From Armatimonadota bacterium (lineage in GTDB: Bacteria; Armatimonadota; UBA5829; DTLH01), in NCBI GenBank assembly GCA_039680575.1, contig JBDKSP010000121.1, positions 1-21,541 on the forward strand: a stretch of DNA of 21,541 nt. Direction: 5' to 3'. Shown one piece after another: positions 8,684-18,054 of the stretch (its first letter is position 1; the number at the start of each line of letters is the position of its first letter). Both the position numbers and the translations under genes were made by a program. The notes under the pieces were generated by a model. That model had not been told where the DNA came from. It made no database searches and was given only the letters and a program-made list of their open reading frames with translations.

Positions 8684-11200
8684 GTGAAATCAATGGCAGA
8701 AAAACGCTACGAACCGCAGGAAATCGAAAATAAATGGCAGGAGCGATGGAAGGAAGCTGAACTTTTCAAGGCTAAAGAAGACAAATCCAGGCCCAAGTTC
8801 TATGGGCTGGAGTTCTTCCCATACCCAAGCGGGAACGGGCTTTCCGTTGGGCACTGCCGCAACTACATCCCGACGGATGTGATATGCCGCTACAAGCGCA
8901 TGCGCGGCTTTGATGTGCTGCATCCGATGGGCTGGGATGCTTTCGGCCTGCCTGCCGAGAACGAGGCTATCAAAAGGAAGAGCCATCCAAGCGAAACAGT
9001 CCCCAAGTACGTGGCAAACTACAAGCGCCAGATGAACCTTGTCGGGCTGAGCTATGACTGGTCGCGCGAGATCAATTCTAGCTCGCCGGACTACTATCGC
9101 TGGACGCAGTGGATATTCCTGCTGCTCTACAAGCGCGGTCTGGCATATCGCTCTGGAGCGCCGATCAACTGGTGCCCGTCCTGCGGAACGGTCCTCGCAA
9201 ACGAAGAGGTCGAGGGCGGACGCTGCTGGCGGTGTGAGACACTCGTCGAGAAGCGCAACATCCCACAGTGGTTCTTTAGGATCACCGAATATGCCGACCG
9301 GCTGATAAACGACCTGGATGATATCGATTGGCCCGAGTCGATAAAGACCATGCAGCGGAACTGGATAGGCCGGAGCGAAGGCGTCGAGTTCGATATGAAG
9401 ATTTCGGGCTATGACGAGAGCATGCGGGTCTTTACAACTCGTGTCGATACGGTTTTCGGCGTCTCGTTTGCTGTCCTTGCGCCCGAGCATCCGCTCGTCG
9501 AGAAGATCACGACACCGGACCGCCGCGCTGAGGTCGAGGATTACGTAAAGAAGGCGAAAGTCACTTCCGAAATCGACCGCCTTTCTACTGAACGCGAGCG
9601 CACCGGCGTCTTTACCGGAGCTTACGCTGTCAACCCGATGAACGGTCAGAGTGTCCCGATCTATATAGCCGATTATGTGCTCGCAACCTATGGGACCGGC
9701 GCGATTATGGCCGTCCCGGCGCACGATACCCGTGACTTCGACTTTGCAAAGCGCCATGATCTCCCGATAAAGGTCGTTATCGCTCCACCCGGCTGGGATG
9801 GCTCGGAACTCACCGAAGCCTATACCGAAGAAGGCACGATGGTCAATTCCGGGCAGTTCGATGGTCTTCCGAACAAAGAAGGCGCAAAGAAAATCGCCGA
9901 ATATATGGGATCGAACGGAACCGGAGATGTTAAGGTCAACTACAAGCTGCGCGACTGGCTGATTTCACGTCAGAGATATTGGGGAGCGCCGATTCCTATC
10001 GTCTACTGCGAGAAGTGCGGTGAAGTTCCCGTGCCGGAGAGCATGCTTCCGGTCGAACTGCCGTATGTCGAGCATTACGAGCCGTCAGGAACCGGGGAAT
10101 CGCCGCTTGCGACCATACCTGAGTTCGTAAACACGACCTGTCCGGTCTGCGGAGGCCCAGCAAAACGCGAGACCGATACGATGGGAGGATTTGCCTGCTC
10201 AAGCTGGTATTTCCTGAGGTATGCAAGCCCGAGCTGCACGGACGGTCCGTTCGATAAGGACGCCGCAGACTACTGGCTGCCGGTCGATCTATATGTCGGC
10301 GGCGCGGAGCACGCGGTTATGCACCTGCTTTATGCAAGATTCTGGACTAAGGTTCTACATGATGAAGGGTTGATCAACTTCGTCGAGCCGTTCCATGCCT
10401 TGAGAAACCAGGGAATGGTGCTCGCACCCGATCCCAAGAACCCAAGTGTCTGGATAAAGATGTCCAAGTCCAAAGGAAATGTCATAACACCTGATGAGAT
10501 TACGGAGAAGTACGGCGCGGACTCACTGAGGGTCTACGAACTCTTCGTTGCTCCCATGACGGAGTCAATCCAATGGAGCGAGGACGGCATAAACGGCATG
10601 TACAGGTTCCTCTCCAGGGTGTGGAGGATTGTTCAGGATTACGGCGAATTCTACGACCCGGAATGGCGTAATACGGTTCGCCAGGAGTCGAATTCAACAC
10701 CCGGGAATAAAGCAATCGCGCGAAAAGTCCATCAGAGTATACGCAAGGTTACAGAGGACATAGAGTCGCTTCAGTTCAACACAGCTGCCGCAGCTTTGAT
10801 GGAACTCCTGAACGAACTGTCCAAGTACACACAGAACGCAAAGCTGGATAGTAAATCAGCGGTCTTCTCCGAGTCGATCGAGATGCTCCTTACGCTCCTT
10901 TCGCCGATGGCTCCGCATATGGCTGACGAACTGTGGAACCAGTTAGGGCATGAGGGCTTCATGCTGGACTTGCCATGGCCGGAATACGACCCTGAAGTCG
11001 CAAAAGCCGAGGAGGTCACTCTGGTAGTTCAGGTAAACGGCAAAGTCCGCGACAAGATACCAGTTCCGGCGGACACGGATACCAAGAAAATCGAGCAGTT
11101 GGCGCTTGAGAGCGAAAGAGTGAAACCATTCCTGGACGGCAAGAAAATTCGGAACGTTGTTGTCGTCCCCGGCAGGCTTGTGAATATAGTCGTAGGCTGA
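8684..11200 (+). CDS. leuS: Leucine--tRNA ligase
   Basis: FPYPSG.GL-SVGH, HPMGWDAFGLPAEN, CP1 editing domain (FTTRVDT, YGTGAIMAVPAHDTRD), DWLISRQRYWG, GGAEHAVMHLLYARF, KMSKS, VQVNGKVR. Start is GTG 8684 or ATG 8693. Confidence 0.98.
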   Translation: MKSMAEKRYEPQEIENKWQERWKEAELFKAKEDKSRPKFYGLEFFPYPSGNGLSVGHCRNYIPTDVICRYKRMRGFDVLHPMGWDAFGLPAENEAIKRKSHPSETVPKYVANYKRQMNLVGLSYDWSREINSSSPDYYRWTQWIFLLLYKRGLAYRSGAPINWCPSCGTVLANEEVEGGRCWRCETLVEKRNIPQWFFRITEYADRLINDLDDIDWPESIKTMQRNWIGRSEGVEFDMKISGYDESMRVFTTRVDTVFGVSFAVLAPEHPLVEKITTPDRRAEVEDYVKKAKVTSEIDRLSTERERTGVFTGAYAVNPMNGQSVPIYIADYVLATYGTGAIMAVPAHDTRDFDFAKRHDLPIKVVIAPPGWDGSELTEAYTEEGTMVNSGQFDGLPNKEGAKKIAEYMGSNGTGDVKVNYKLRDWLISRQRYWGAPIPIVYCEKCGEVPVPESMLPVELPYVEHYEPSGTGESPLATIPEFVNTTCPVCGGPAKRETDTMGGFACSSWYFLRYASPSCTDGPFDKDAADYWLPVDLYVGGAEHAVMHLLYARFWTKVLHDEGLINFVEPFHALRNQGMVLAPDPKNPSVWIKMSKSKGNVITPDEITEKYGADSLRVYELFVAPMTESIQWSEDGINGMYRFLSRVWRIVQDYGEFYDPEWRNTVRQESNSTPGNKAIARKVHQSIRKVTEDIESLQFNTAAAALMELLNELSKYTQNAKLDSKSAVFSESIEMLLTLLSPMAPHMADELWNQLGHEGFMLDLPWPEYDPEVAKAEEVTLVVQVNGKVRDKIPVPADTDTKKIEQLALESERVKPFLDGKKIRNVVVVPGRLVNIVVG

Positions 11201-11210
11201 TTATAAGCTA

Positions 11211-11248
11211 ATGTAGTGGCCGGTCTCCGTGCCGGCCTTCTTTTCTTT
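11211..11248 (+). repeat. GTAG-tagged REP-like palindrome doubling as leuS terminator
   Basis: ATGTAG-TGGCCGG-TCTCCGTG-CCGGCC then TTCTTTTCTTT. Same family as 63-90, 18439-18468 and 19347-19370. Decayed inverted partner GAGACCGGC at 11286-11294. Confidence 0.7.
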
Positions 11249-11399
11249 GCTTCGGTTTACTTGCTCTCGCATCACCGCAGGTGTCGAGACCGGCATCCAG
11301 ATGCCTATACAGCCATTCCGGGCTGCATTACAAATACAGCCCGAGTAAGTAATCCCTAAATCCTGTATCCTAAGTCCCCTCCTCCCCCCCGCCTGCTCA

Positions 11400-11425
11400 G
11401 TTTACGTAAAATCGGCCCAGGGTAC
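11400..11425 (+). promoter_or_regulatory. Putative SigB/SigF-type (general stress) promoter
   Basis: GTTTAC-14 nt-GGGTAC, matching the GTTT-N~16-GGGTA pattern. Confidence 0.45.
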
Positions 11426-11478
11426 ACTTTATATGAGGCTTGATTAGACCCGATTATATTGTATTAATGGAGGCCGCT

Positions 11479-12033
11479 ATGCCTAAAGATAGACTTAGAC
11501 ATGATCATGATAATGTCGAGAACCTCGACGATATTATAGAGGCAAGAAGCGGAGGGACTTCCCATTTTGCAAGGGACATCGATTCGGCTGAGAAGGACTT
11601 CGATTTACCTGAAGACCTGGATGTCGATGATGCACTCACGTTCCCTCATCCCAAACATAAAAAGGACCCGAATGCGAATGTCGAACTGATGGACACCCCA
11701 AGGGAGGATGACATAGACATAAACTGGGCCGAAAGCGCAGAGGATATGCTTCCATCCGATTATGAGGATGACTACGACGATGCGCTTACAACGAATCTCT
11801 CCGATGAGGATGAAGTCGCAGATGATCAGATGGATCAAATCGGCAGCTTGAATGCGGATGACATAATCTATGAAGAACCTATGGTTTCCCGAATGCCTAA
11901 AGGCTTCAGAGCAGAGGAGGAAGCAGACACCTCTATCGCCGACAAGTTCGGAGGAGAAGTCAATCCTGAGACAGCGCGCGCAGCCCTTCCCCGGGCTGAA
12001 GCCGATGAAGCGGAAGTTGCCGGGGATGAATAG
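11479..12033 (+). CDS. Hypothetical highly acidic (Asp/Glu-rich), probably disordered protein, 184 aa
   Basis: ATG 11479 after GGAGG (11469-11473). Strong D/E bias and no recognisable family. Confidence 0.8.
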   Translation: MPKDRLRHDHDNVENLDDIIEARSGGTSHFARDIDSAEKDFDLPEDLDVDDALTFPHPKHKKDPNANVELMDTPREDDIDINWAESAEDMLPSDYEDDYDDALTTNLSDEDEVADDQMDQIGSLNADDIIYEEPMVSRMPKGFRAEEEADTSIADKFGGEVNPETARAALPRAEADEAEVAGDE

Positions 12034-12045
12034 CTGGCTGAGGGT

Positions 12046-12492
12046 GTGAAAATGGTAACCAGAATTATATTGGCCTTAATCGGTATATTGGCGATGGTTG
12101 TCGGCATCGCACAGCTATTGGCTCCCGATGCTACCTTGAATCTCTGGCGACCTTATATCGTCGGAAACCTGTTTGGTGCACCGCCCCATGAAATCTATAT
12201 TTTGGGTACTCTGACAATTGTTCTGGGTTTGTTTCTGTTATATATTGGAATAACGCGGCTGGTACAGCTTAGCTGGTTTGTTGTAATCATAGGTGTATTA
12301 GCGTTCATAGCCGGATTACTAATAGTCATTATGCCGGATCTGTTTCGAGATACTGTTAACAGCCTGATATACACACAACCGGAGCGCATCAGGCGGATAA
12401 TAAACTATGTATCCGGGGCTGTAAGGTTTGCGATTGGTTTCATATTCCTGATTATAGCATTAAGTCCTGCACCGGTGCGTCGAAGAGTATAA
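12046..12492 (+). CDS. Hypothetical integral membrane protein (about 4 TM helices)
   Basis: GTG start after GAGG, four hydrophobic segments, 12 nt downstream of the previous gene. Confidence 0.8.
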   Translation: MKMVTRIILALIGILAMVVGIAQLLAPDATLNLWRPYIVGNLFGAPPHEIYILGTLTIVLGLFLLYIGITRLVQLSWFVVIIGVLAFIAGLLIVIMPDLFRDTVNSLIYTQPERIRRIINYVSGAVRFAIGFIFLIIALSPAPVRRRV

Positions 12493-14208
12493 TCACCGGT
12501 TGAGCCGGTCCAATAGAGTGTCCAGGGGCAGAGCGTTCAGCACTCTGCCCTTTTCCACCCAGCCTCTTCTTGCTGCCGCAACACCATACCTGATCCCACC
12601 CAGTTGTGTCGTGGTATGAGCATCCGAGTTTATCGCTAAATCAGCGCCCAGGTTTTTTGCATGGCGAACATCGATGTCTTTCAGGTCCAGTCTGTCCGGC
12701 TGCGAATTGATCTCAAGCGCTGTCCCTGTCTCCGCAGCAGCTTTGAAGACAGCATCGCGGTCGAAATCGGACGGATCGCGCCTGCCGATCAGCCTGCCCG
12801 TCGGATGGCCGATAATGTCGACATGAGGGTTTCTGATTGCCGAAAGCAATCGGGCGGTGATAACCTCCATTGGCTGGCCGAGCCCGCTGTGGATGGATGC
12901 GGTCACGACATCGAAGCGCGCAAGGACATCATCATCGTAATCCAACCTGCCGTCGCTGCGGATATTCACCTCGATCCCCTGCAGGAGTCTGAAACCATCG
13001 TAGGTGTCGTTCAGTTCATCGATAATCCGGCGCTGCTCGCGGACCCTGTCGGTCGAGAGGCCATGGATGAACCCCATCGAAACCGAGTGATCGGATATTG
13101 CCAGATACTCGTAGCCCAGCGCCATTGCAGCTTCGGCCATTGCCTCGATAGGGTTTGCGCCGTCGCTCCAGTTGGTGTGCGAGTGCAGGTCGCCGCGTAT
13201 ATCTGAAAGCTCGATCAGGTTTGGGAGCCTGCCTTCCATCGCAGCTTCGATCTCACCCGTCGCCGTACGGAGTTCCGGCGGTATACAGGCCATGCCGAGG
13301 GTCTCGTAAATCTCGCATTCCTCCTTGCCGGCCAGTTTCTCACCTGTATCGACCCTGAAGATGCCGTATTCACTGATTTTCAAGCCTCTGGACTCAGCAA
13401 TCGACCGAAGCCTGATATTGTGGTCCTTGGAACCGGTGAAATACTGAAGCGCCGCGCCCCAATCGTCCGGTGAAACAACCCGGAGATCGATCTGCAAGTC
13501 CTGGTGAGTAAGGACGCTCGCCTTGGTTTTCCCCTTTGCGATGACGGATTTTGCCGCGGGAAGATTGGTGAATGCCTCGATTGCCTCTTTGGGGGTGGAT
13601 GACGAAACGAGAATATCGATATCCCCGATAGTCTCCTGCATCCGGCGGATGCTTCCGCCGACATCTATCCGCTCGACCGAAGGATCTGATCGAAGCTGGC
13701 GGATTATCTCTTCCGCGGCGGGCAGTGCTACACCCAGCAGCAGCCTGCCTGTCTGCTGCTTCAACCGGCGGATACCTTCCAGCACGTTCTGCTCAGTTTT
13801 TTCTCTGATATTGGGAAGCTCCCTCAGCTTATGGGCTTTTGCGGCTTCCTCGAGCTCGTCCACGGTCGATATGCCGAGGTTCTCATAGAATATCTTGGCT
13901 TTCTTCGCTCCGACTCCGGGGATTGACAGAATCTCGGACAGGCCGCTCGGAAGTGTCTTTGCGAGTTGGTCTCTGTAGGTCGACCTGCCGGTGGTCACAT
14001 ATTCCGTGATCTTTCCGGCGATGCTCTCACCAATCCCGTGTATATCCGTCAGCCGCCCCTGAACCGCGAGGACAGTTATATCCTCCTGGAGCAACTCAAC
14101 CTGGCGTGCCGCTTCCCTGTAAGCACGCACCCTGAACGCCGATTCGCCCTTCATTTCGAGCATATCGGCTATGTCATTCAACATCTCGACTACGTCTTCT
14201 TTTCTCAT
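12493..14208 (-). CDS. polX: DNA polymerase/3'-5' exonuclease PolX (family X polymerase + PHP domain)
   Basis: FRVRAYREAA, HhH motifs (IHGIGESIA, IPGVGAKKA), GSIRR..TIGDIDIL, IDLRV, YFTGSKDHN. PHP motifs DLHSHT, SDHS, GIE, GHPTGR, NSDAH. Start ATG 14208 (alternative 14238). Confidence 0.96.
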   Translation of the reverse strand: MRKEDVVEMLNDIADMLEMKGESAFRVRAYREAARQVELLQEDITVLAVQGRLTDIHGIGESIAGKITEYVTTGRSTYRDQLAKTLPSGLSEILSIPGVGAKKAKIFYENLGISTVDELEEAAKAHKLRELPNIREKTEQNVLEGIRRLKQQTGRLLLGVALPAAEEIIRQLRSDPSVERIDVGGSIRRMQETIGDIDILVSSSTPKEAIEAFTNLPAAKSVIAKGKTKASVLTHQDLQIDLRVVSPDDWGAALQYFTGSKDHNIRLRSIAESRGLKISEYGIFRVDTGEKLAGKEECEIYETLGMACIPPELRTATGEIEAAMEGRLPNLIELSDIRGDLHSHTNWSDGANPIEAMAEAAMALGYEYLAISDHSVSMGFIHGLSTDRVREQRRIIDELNDTYDGFRLLQGIEVNIRSDGRLDYDDDVLARFDVVTASIHSGLGQPMEVITARLLSAIRNPHVDIIGHPTGRLIGRRDPSDFDRDAVFKAAAETGTALEINSQPDRLDLKDIDVRHAKNLGADLAINSDAHTTTQLGGIRYGVAAARRGWVEKGRVLNALPLDTLLDRLNR

Positions 14209-14258
14209 CCGTCCAACCCCTGGAGTGTATATACCCATGTAGCATTCAGCTATCAGCT

Positions 14259-14294
14259 AAAAAAAAGCCCCTGGCCTACAAAACCAAGGGCTTT
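14259..14294 (-). terminator. Intrinsic terminator downstream of the GH130 gene
   Basis: Minus strand AAAGCCCTTGG-TTTTGTAGG-CCAGGGGC-TTTTTTTT. A second imperfect hairpin lies at 14304-14332. Confidence 0.8.
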
Positions 14295-14353
14295 AAGTTG
14301 GTTGAGACAAAGAGAACGAAGATTCTTGTCTCTATCGCCTGTTCAGGGAAACA

Positions 14354-15313
14354 TCAAGCGGACAACGCCAGATCTGTTTCCAAATCTTCAATACAACACT
14401 GCACGAGTGCCTCAACTGTAGTCGTTCCTACGCAGATGCATGTGTCACCTGCGCCGTAATAGACTTTGAGACCACCGTTGAACTCACTTCGGACAGCTCC
14501 GCATGAGAAAACGACGTTTCCTATGTCACCTATCCGCTCGTAATACTCACGCGGGGATAAAATCGGCACTGCAGACCGTCCGATCACCTGCGACGGGTCC
14601 TCAAGATCGAGCAGCACGGCTCCAAGCCGGTAAACCGGTCCGCCGGATGTGCATTTGACTCCGTGATAGATCTCAAGCCATCCCTGCGGGGTCTCTATGG
14701 GCGGTGCTGAAGCACCGATCCTGTCCGCGTCCCAGTAACCGCCTCTCGTGGTCATCACAACGCGGGAATCACCCCAGTGGATCAGGTCTTTGGAGTATGA
14801 TATCCAGATATTTCCGACCCCTCCTCCGAGCGGCCGGTCCAAACGGACAAATCTGCCCCCGATTTTCTTGGGAAACATTACGCCGTCCTTGTTTTCCGGT
14901 TCGGAAATTACGCCGATTCGCTTAAACTGCTTAAAATTCTTTGTAGTCGCTAAGGCGAGGCAGGCGCCATAAGGCGAATAAGCCGTATACATAATATAGT
15001 AAGTATCGTCGATTACACTGATCCTGGGGTCTTCTATCCCTCTGCTTTCGTAGGTTTTGAACGGCTCTTCATCTGACGGAACCATGGCTGGTTCGGATTC
15101 TACCGTGAAATGAAAACCATCATTACTGCGAGCCAGCGCAAAGACTGACCTTCCTTTCAAGTCTTCCACCCGAAGCATAAGCAGATACTGGTGGTTATGC
15201 ATTACGGCGGCGGCGTTGAACACCGAATTACAGTGAAACGGAATGTCCTCCACTGTAACCATTGGATTCCCTTCCCACCGGTGTATCACATCTCGTCCCG
15301 CATGTCTGGTCAT
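14354..15313 (-). CDS. Glycoside hydrolase family 130 protein (beta-mannoside phosphorylase-like)
   Basis: GNP, VFNAAAV, LLMLRVED, LARSNDG, GIEDPRI, YIMYTAYS, ENKDGVMFP, RLDRP, WLEIYHGV, GNVVFSCG, YYGAGDT. Confidence 0.92.
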   Translation of the reverse strand: MTRHAGRDVIHRWEGNPMVTVEDIPFHCNSVFNAAAVMHNHQYLLMLRVEDLKGRSVFALARSNDGFHFTVESEPAMVPSDEEPFKTYESRGIEDPRISVIDDTYYIMYTAYSPYGACLALATTKNFKQFKRIGVISEPENKDGVMFPKKIGGRFVRLDRPLGGGVGNIWISYSKDLIHWGDSRVVMTTRGGYWDADRIGASAPPIETPQGWLEIYHGVKCTSGGPVYRLGAVLLDLEDPSQVIGRSAVPILSPREYYERIGDIGNVVFSCGAVRSEFNGGLKVYYGAGDTCICVGTTTVEALVQCCIEDLETDLALSA

Positions 15314-15449
15314 GATCTGTAGGTATCTCCTTCTACCAATTCATAGTCTGGGCGGCTCAGAACCCAGCGACACGACTTTCTGTAGTATCAATGTTCTTCC
15401 GTACTTTAGCGAGGTTTCCCCAATACGGATATGGTAAAAATGCAGAATT

Positions 15450-15483
15450 CATCCTGTAAAATGCTGTTATCTTTTGCAGGATG
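15450..15483. promoter_or_regulatory. 12-bp inverted repeat between divergent GH130 and SPFH genes (possible operator)
   Basis: CATCCTGTAAAA-10 nt-TTTTGCAGGATG, one mismatch. Confidence 0.4.
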
Positions 15484-15542
15484 CTATCGCGCACACAAAA
15501 CACCACAAAACCAACAGTCCTTCGGCTATCTTTATGTCCTCA

Positions 15543-15571
15543 TTGACAATCAAGCTCAGCCATTGTACACT
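15543..15571 (+). promoter_or_regulatory. Sigma70 promoter of the SPFH-trmFO unit
   Basis: TTGACA-17 nt-TACACT. Confidence 0.75.
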
Positions 15572-15606
15572 TCATTCAAACTTATTGAACCTGGGAGGTA
15601 ATTGCT

Positions 15607-16506
15607 GTGGGTACTGCCGTTTTTGGTCTTATACTAATCGGAGTGGCTTATATGCTGGTTCATTTCCATAATGAGACAGGTGATCATATCAACCTGAAAC
15701 CGTGGTCATGGGCCTCGCGTATTGCAGGAATTGTCCTTGTCGTAGTCGGTATACTTTCCGCATCCCTAGTCCAGGTTCCAGCCGGTCATAGAGGAATATT
15801 GCTGCAGTTTTCGGCAGTAAAAGGGGTGCTTTCGGAAGGTATTCATATAGTTGTTCCCTACGTCAACAGAGTTGAGATGATGGAAGTTAGGACGCAGAAA
15901 GAGTCCAGTGAGGCTACAGCGGCATCCAAAGACCTTCAGATAGTGACAACTTCACTCGCCTTGAACTTCCATATAGATTCGAAAAGAGCCGGTGATCTAT
16001 ATCGCAATGTAGGCACGAATTATAAAGATAGGATAATCGATCCGGCTGTTCAGGAATCGATTAAGATGGTTACTGCAAGATACACTGCAGAGCAGTTAAT
16101 CAAGAGCAGGTCAGCCGTGAAGGCCGAGGTTGAAGAAGATATAACGAGAAGGCTCAGAGCTTATGACCTGATAGTGGAACCTGCGGGACTGTCGATCACG
16201 AATTTCAACTTCTCACCGGAGTTTAACGCAGCGATCGAATCAAAGCAGGTTGCTCAGCAGGAGGCTGAAAAGCAGAGATATGTTCTTCAGAAGGCTGAGC
16301 TGGAGAGGCAGACCCAGATAACAAGAGCCATGGGTGTATCCCAAGCCGCCAAGCTGAACGCAGCTGCGCTGCAGGTGTCCGGTGGCTCAAAGGTCATTGC
16401 CCGCGAATGGATAGATAAATGGGATGGACATTTGCCGAGTGTAGCAGGATCCAGTGGTGGTTATATAATCGATATCAACTCAATATTGAACACAGCAGGC
16501 AGGTAA
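15607..16506 (+). CDS. Prohibitin/SPFH (band 7) family membrane protein
   Basis: GTG after GGGAGG, N-terminal TMs, [57 protein letters not shown]. Confidence 0.93.
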   Translation: MGTAVFGLILIGVAYMLVHFHNETGDHINLKPWSWASRIAGIVLVVVGILSASLVQVPAGHRGILLQFSAVKGVLSEGIHIVVPYVNRVEMMEVRTQKESSEATAASKDLQIVTTSLALNFHIDSKRAGDLYRNVGTNYKDRIIDPAVQESIKMVTARYTAEQLIKSRSAVKAEVEEDITRRLRAYDLIVEPAGLSITNFNFSPEFNAAIESKQVAQQEAEKQRYVLQKAELERQTQITRAMGVSQAAKLNAAALQVSGGSKVIAREWIDKWDGHLPSVAGSSGGYIIDINSILNTAGR

Positions 16507-16513
16507 AATAGAT

Positions 16514-17821
16514 TTGCAATCAGTAATTATAATTGGCGGCGGGCTTGCGGGGTGCGAGGCAGCCTGGCAGGCAGCGGAACGCGGCGTAGATGTACTGCTT
16601 TACGAAATGCGGCCTGTCGTGATGACACCGGCGCACGAATCCGGGCAGCTTGCTGAGCTGGTCTGCAGCAACTCGCTTAAGTCCGAGGCGTTGACATCGA
16701 CCCACGGCGCGCTCAAAGAAGAAATGCGGCAGCTTGGTTCGATACTCCTCCCATGTGCAGATGAGACTCGCGTCCCCGCAGGCCAGGCGCTCGCCGTAGA
16801 CCGGGAACGGTTCTCTGAACTTGTGACAAAACGCATTGAAAGCCGCCCCAGGATAACGGTATGCCGTGAAGAGATAAAGGAGCTTCCGCCGGACCGACCG
16901 CTCATAATAGCCACCGGTCCGCTTACATCTGATGCGCTCGTAAGCGAGATCGCCCGGATCACCGGCATGGACAGGCTGTTCTTCTACGACGCCATCGCTC
17001 CGTCCGTGTATGCGGATTCCATAGACCGAAATATATGCTTTGCAGCCGCAAGGTACGATAAAGGGACGCCGTATCTCAACTGTCCATTCACAAAGGAGCA
17101 GTATTTTGAGTTCCGTGACGCGCTCCTTTCGGCTGAATTGGCTCCGCTTCACGAATTCGAGAAGAAAGTCCGGTTCTACGAAGGGTGTCTTCCTATTGAA
17201 GAATTGGCATCAAGAGGGGCAAAGACTCTCGCATTCGGGCCTATGAAGCCGGTGGGGCTCCGTCATCCCAAAACAGGCGAGAACTATTTCGCGGTCGTCC
17301 AACTGCGGCAGGAAAACGTGGAAGGAACGGTCTACGGGCTCGTTGGTTTCCAGACCAGGCTCAAATGGCCCGATCAGGAGCGGGTGTTCAGGATGATACC
17401 CGGACTTGAGAACGCGAAATTCGCCCGGCTCGGGCAAATCCACCGGAACACGTATATCGATTCCCCACAGCTCCTCTCCCCCACCCTGCAGCTCAAGTCC
17501 GACCCAGAGATATTTTTCGCAGGGCAGTTGACTGGTGTAGAAGGGTATATGGAGTCCGCTGCATCGGGGATAATCGCAGGGATTAACGCCGCCCGGCTTG
17601 TCCACGGCAAGGAATTGGTCGTGCTGCCGGAAGAAACAATGCTCGGAGCGCTTCTCAAGTATATATCGAGCACCGAAGTCGAGCCGTTCCAGCCAATGAA
17701 CGTTAATTTTGGTATTCTGCCGCCTCTCATCCCACACGAAAAGAAGGATGAAATCCGCCGCGCAAAGCTGATAGAACGCGCGCTTACGGCGCTTCAGAAG
17801 ATCAATAACAGTCCTGATTAA
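16514..17821 (+). CDS. trmFO: Methylenetetrahydrofolate--tRNA-(uracil-54)-methyltransferase TrmFO
   Basis: [96 protein letters not shown] start. Confidence 0.97.
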   Translation: MQSVIIIGGGLAGCEAAWQAAERGVDVLLYEMRPVVMTPAHESGQLAELVCSNSLKSEALTSTHGALKEEMRQLGSILLPCADETRVPAGQALAVDRERFSELVTKRIESRPRITVCREEIKELPPDRPLIIATGPLTSDALVSEIARITGMDRLFFYDAIAPSVYADSIDRNICFAAARYDKGTPYLNCPFTKEQYFEFRDALLSAELAPLHEFEKKVRFYEGCLPIEELASRGAKTLAFGPMKPVGLRHPKTGENYFAVVQLRQENVEGTVYGLVGFQTRLKWPDQERVFRMIPGLENAKFARLGQIHRNTYIDSPQLLSPTLQLKSDPEIFFAGQLTGVEGYMESAASGIIAGINAARLVHGKELVVLPEETMLGALLKYISSTEVEPFQPMNVNFGILPPLIPHEKKDEIRRAKLIERALTALQKINNSPD

Positions 17822-17874
17822 GCAGAGTTTCATATATCCTTTGAAAATTTATCAGAATAATATAAAAATATAGG

Positions 17875-17903
17875 TTGCATATATTCTTTTATGTGGGTAT
17901 ACT
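17875..17903 (+). promoter_or_regulatory. Sigma70 promoter with AT-rich upstream (UP-like) element for the RRM gene
   Basis: TTGCAT-17 nt-TATACT, preceded by an AT-rich tract at ~17840-17872. Confidence 0.7.
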
Positions 17904-18054
17904 GTTCAAGGTTAAAATCAACGCCCAGCACCGGTGTTTTCGTATCCGTGGATTGCTAGTACCTTCTGCGACTGATCGGATCCCCGTTACGGCATTCATG
18001 CCTCGTGCTTATCGTTGAGAATCAAAGGGATATTCCCAGAAGGAAGGCAAGCAA

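Noticed and set aside
8690..9757. 355-aa antisense ORF within leuS (and similar antisense/alternate-frame ORFs in polX, trmFO, tgt, DUF362 and the large secreted gene)
   Set aside because: Shadow ORFs expected from codon bias in GC-rich genes, with no motifs or RBS.
12493..14208. Catalytically altered PolX
   Set aside because: GDID and IDLR aspartates and the PHP metal ligands are all present, so it looks canonical.
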